NCBI GenBank assembly: GCA_002633005.1
Contig: NMRA01000126.1
Span: 264,979-328,978, forward strand
Direction: 5' to 3'
Source of the DNA: Phoronis australis
Taxonomy: Eukaryota > Animalia > Phoronida
DNA length: 64,000 nucleotides
The position numbers and the translations under genes were made by a program. A model generated the notes under the pieces. It worked only from the letters and a program-made list of their open reading frames with translations. It was not told the DNA's origin and did no database searches. This document shows, in pieces, positions 59,161-64,000 of this stretch. Each line of letters begins with the position of its first letter. Position 1 is the stretch's first letter.

Positions 59161-62100
59161 AGGATGCAAATAAACATCTCTAGAAGCACACAGTTTGCGG
59201 TGCATTCGTGGGTGCATTTCAATGCCACGCGTTGCTCTTTTTCATGTTTGTGCAAATCTGTTTGATTTTTACAGGTCAGCCAGGATGTGCAGCGCTTGGA
59301 TCTACAGATTGTCTCAAACTGTAAACACAACTGTTGGCTGAATAATGGAGAATATCGACCTTTCTGAAGGTATAAGTTAATCATGACTAAAACTTCAGTC
59401 ACCAAAATATAACTAATCTGTTCCCACTGGGATGTCTTAGAATGTGTGGTGTGGACGGAGCCTCCTTAATGTATGGGTGTGACTAAATTGTGACTGATAT
59501 ATCTTTGTACTTCTGGTGTGACTGTAACTCACGTTACTACTACGTGGATGGTGTAACCAAATTATCTTTACCTCACATAAGTGTGACTATATTGTGACTA
59601 ATATTATATTTACTGTTCACAAACCCATGAGGTATGAACCAAGACTTGGTTTAAAGAACTGCTTGGAGGTTGAATGATTTCTAACTTGTCAAATATGTTG
59701 GCTGGGATAAACAAGTTTTCATTCCATGAACTGAAATCTTTAAATTATCATGTCAAGATTCTCACAAACGCTAGGAAACACTATATAGTGTGTATGTGCA
59801 GCAACCAGTTGTGTGCTGTATCAAGAATTATTTTAAGTGGAACATGCTCGTTAATTCCCAATGTCGAGTGATACGTGTTGACTATGACTGATTTTGAGTG
59901 TAAGCTTAGTTGTCCAAAGCATTACTAACAATCTTCATCTTTTTTAGGTACGGTGTGATGAAGAATTAAGCACTAATTTTTAAAGGAGAGCCCAGATTTG
60001 GAATAGGAATTTTATGTATATGTGATTTGATTGCCAGGGGGTTGGACTTAACTTTTTGACTCAAATATTAGAAAATGCATTCATGTAGTCACTGTATGCT
60101 GTGCAGTTAGATTGGGGTGAGCTTGAGTCTTTCTTAGAATTGCAGTGGGTTGGGGGGTCTCGTGAAATGTTCACAATTTAGGCATTTTGACGTGAATTCT
60201 GGTGCAATTTCCACTTGTTCTGGTACCTTAAACATTACCACATTACTGTGTCAAAAGTTCTCCACCATATTTGCAAAGTCCCAAATAAATGAGTGTCAAA
60301 TGACCCCCTCCCCAGTATTAAACAGAGAAGATGTTGACTTTTCCCCTTTTTACATCCAAATGGAAGAAAATAAAGCACTAAAGAAGACTGGCTCTTGCTC
60401 AGAAAATTCTGTTGATTGCTTAGAACACTGAGGTGTTGAAAGATAGAGTCAGTACAGATGTCACAGTTATCACCATTTCAATTCAGTCATTGTCTTATTT
60501 ATCACAATCCTAACTGTCATTAATTACGATTGTTATTCTCATCTTTTTGACAAGCTGCCAGACAACAGATTGCCTTCCCAATGTACAAAATGACCAGTGA
60601 ATTCTCTTCCAAACTTCAACATTATAATCTCACCTACCAGTCACTTCAGTGGTTGTCATTTGCTTAGTAAGGTCCTAAGTAGACTTGCCAAACACTTACC
60701 TTTCATTCACATGGTCTTAACATGGTCTTGCCTTTACATGAGATTGTCGTGCAGCAAAACAGTTGGAATCGCAGTTAAAGCAATCGAGAATCAAGGCCAA
60801 AATACCAGATATTTTCTTCTTTCAAAAATGTACGTTTATCATGATTTTGTCTTCCTAATTACTTATAAGTGAACAATGTAACTATATAATATTATCTTAT
60901 TTGTGTGATATATTTGATTGATCTGTTGATATAACTTGGTAGTGTAAACAAAACGATTGGCTATCACGTGTCAAATATGGTTGTTGTTTCATGTAATGGA
61001 ATGTTAAAAATGTCTAAACTGTTCCTAGTGCCCCTGAGACATCAAAGTTTGCGAACATATTTTGGAAGTAATCTACATTTTAGCATTATCCATTTGCTAT
61101 GTAATGGCACTAGAAATGTTTCTAACGCACAAAAAGAAGTTTTTTCCACCAGTTTTATTAATTCTTAATATTTACCCGATATTCATAAGTCATCTCGATC
61201 AGCCGTCCATTGTTGTAGCTCCAAAATCACAGTGGATGGTTATGAAATTTTACACAGTACATATTCGTACCGTGCATGTCACAGCATATTGAAGTTTTCC
61301 CATACCTTTCAACTACTGTAGCGCCTCTAGTGGCGTTTTCAGTTGTTATTCTTGCTTTGTATCTGCCTGCTTTCTTCACAGGACTTTCATGAAATTTGGC
61401 AAATGGGTTTCTATTAAGTCTATGTAAGACACTAGAAAATGGCCAAATTTGACCGGCTTTGGAACATCATATGTCAGAGATGACTCATCGCATCCATACG
61501 AGGCTTTCAGATATTCTGCTTTATGCGCTCTCTTCCAAAGTGTTTTCAGGAATTGTTTTTAAAATGTTCCACTTTTGTATGAGGGTCTATCAAAATAATG
61601 GACTTTAATCTGTAATTTTTATGAAAAAATAAAAGTTGCATAAAACTACAGATCTGTATAGTGCAGTGCCTCCTAGCGGCAATTCTAGTTGTTTTGGTGT
61701 CCTGCTTTCTCTGCCAAAAACACTTGAATGACTTTTGTGAACTTTGGTGCTGTCTTATTTCTTTACAGGTAAGACTACTCCCCCTAACTTTAAAACAATT
61801 TCTACTAATGCTACATCTTGTGTGGGTTACAAATTTTTGACACCCACCTTTAATGGTATCTATAAAAGTGATTAATTAGTTTTCATGGATCTCAATTTTT
61901 TGGATGACTTCCTTTGCACCTACTCTGGAGGCTATTTTAAGTTTACTAGTATTGCTGCCTTTAGTGTGACTTTCTGAAATAATGATTATCCCTTGTATCT
62001 GTACTGTATGCGATGTTGAAGGTGACCGCACATCAACTGCGTTTTGAGTTGCTCTTGTTGCTTTGATAAAGTGTCGTGTATCAGGAAATGGTGACAACTT

Positions 62101-64000
62101 CACCGAAGTAGCTCAGAAATGTACTTTTTTGTAATTAAATGCTCAAAATTACAAGGAAATGACGGAGATACCTTGTTTGAAATTCCCATGCAACTTTGTG
62201 AACGGAATGCATATTGAAGAATCATCAACAAGAGAGTTCTCAAAAACTGATGCTCTATTCCATGTCCCTCAAAAGTGACTTCCCCTGTAACTGTGTACTT
62301 GAAATCATGCCCCCCTTATTGGCTGCTCTTTGTCTTACTAACTGTGGTATTGTTTGATCATCCAGTCTTGTGCTTTCTGAGCAATAACTCTGAAAACCAA
62401 AATTCACATCCCCACTAAACTTTCCACTTGTTGTTCAAGTTTTGTAGAACCCCTTTGGTTTCCATGGAAATGACAGTAGGCCAGCTGGTAAATTGACAGC
62501 TAATTTACAGTAATTAATTAACTGCCAATTTCAGTTAGCATTTGATAGTTGGCTTCTGTCATCAACAGTGCCATGAAACCAGCAATTCCTGCACTTGACA
62601 AAATCAATGATTGTAACTAGTTGACAATATGCAAGAGTTGAAGTGAGATCCTTGCACTACACGTACTGGGTTGCATTCTGTAGACGTAAGACTTTCGCCA
62701 GTTAAGGTGGTCTAAATCTTGTGCTTTGCAACTACACAATCTCGCTTTTTGGGTGCTGTAATGTATTGCCTGTGGAGTGCAGCCCTGGTCTAGTACTCAT
62801 GGCATGGCAATGTATTGTGTCTGCAGTGATATTACATATTAGGGGAGTTGTTTTAGTTTAACTCAGAAAAATAGGGCTGTCCCAGATTACATGGTGGTAG
62901 AACTCTCCTTTGTCCTGGAGAAGAAAGCGCATGACCTCATTTTGGGAGTCAGGCACATTTTCGTATCTCTCATTGATGTCGGGATGGCGAAGAATTTCAC
63001 ATCACGCTTTTGCGGGTATTTCTCTAGTTATCAAACTTTCTCACCTCTGAGTTGTAATACTCTGTTGGTATTTGAAGGACGAATAAAGTAATGCCGCCCA
63101 GAAAAAATTGCAAAGAATCAAACAACAAATAACATGTGATAGTCCAATGGCATGAAAACAAGGTAGCAAATATGCCTGATAGATGTTCATGGCATTGTGG
63201 GTAAATACAGCGAGATTCGAGTGTCACTATGTAATCCTAGACGGTCCTATTGTCACGTCTTTTAAGTTGCCCTTAAAACAGCAAGGGTTTATACTGTGGT
63301 CTACGGTACATACCTGATTGCTAGACAAAATATTTTTAGTTTCCCTGTCATAACGACTAATTCCTTTTACCACACAACGGTGTGAAATAACTCATTATTT
63401 TGGCAAAATTATAACTGCAGAATGGCACTTTCTCCTTGTCAGCTTTTCAGTAATTTCCATCATTCTGGTTTTGAATTGCTTCCATGACTGAATTAAGCTT
63501 GCTCTCAGCTGTGATGGCAGGAAATCTGTATCAGTTTGTGATCACTAATCTGGTGACATGTATAACAGTATGTCTTGTTTCCGTTTAATGGAGTGCATGT
63601 GAATATATGCACAAAGATATATGTTTCAGAAATTTGGAAAAATTCAAGAGGGGATTGTCCTAAATATGTATGCCAGTTTCTTGTTCCAAGTTTTTATTCA
63701 ATCCAAACAGGGAACTATGGGAAATGTTTCAATTTCAATTGGGAGGATTTCATGTATGGCAAAAATTATTTACTAGTGGTGCTGATGGTCGTTTTTCAAA
63801 TGTGTTGTACTTGTGTTTGTTGTTGTCATGCAAGCATCCTGCGACATTACAGAAAACTTGGTTACGTGATATTGGAAGTTTGTTTGAGACACGTGATGTA
63901 TGGGTTTTACAATTCTTTAATTCTGTATGCCATTTTGTGATCTGTGCACGACATCGATATCCTGTTCTTGGCAGGTAGCTGTAACTGTGCTCATGACATT

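Overview
AT-rich, repeat-dense animal genomic DNA (marine invertebrate, probably deuterostome-like; this is inference from the repeat families). It has two N gaps (1978-1983, 44275-45025). The main feature is one spliced minus-strand gene that the ORF track shows only in fragments. It starts at ATG 39285 with an acidic cytoplasmic exon (39061-39285), followed by a signal-anchor exon (32256-32412). Eight symmetric phase-1/phase-1 exons follow (28755-28970, 22547-22750, 11794-11976, 10677-10859, 9560-9742, 6624-6830, 5691-5897, 3413-3619). Each encodes one Thr-rich linker, a Pro run and an LDL-receptor class A (LDLa) domain. The ten exons splice in frame (1972 nt, about 657 aa) into a type II membrane protein; no terminal exon was found in the window. 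The LDLa exons fall into three tandem-duplication families of different age, with evidence of mosaicism and fast-evolving linkers. Introns and flanks carry transposon debris: hAT, a Kolobok-like SWIM exon, an internally deleted Academ-type element, nested MITEs, an RNase H LINE 3' end, a Gmr1-order Gypsy remnant and a foldback element. The window also holds a tRNA-derived SINE that shares its 3' tail with the LINE, one intact tRNA-Gly(GCC), and a ~150-bp satellite carrying one CTCF-like motif per monomer.
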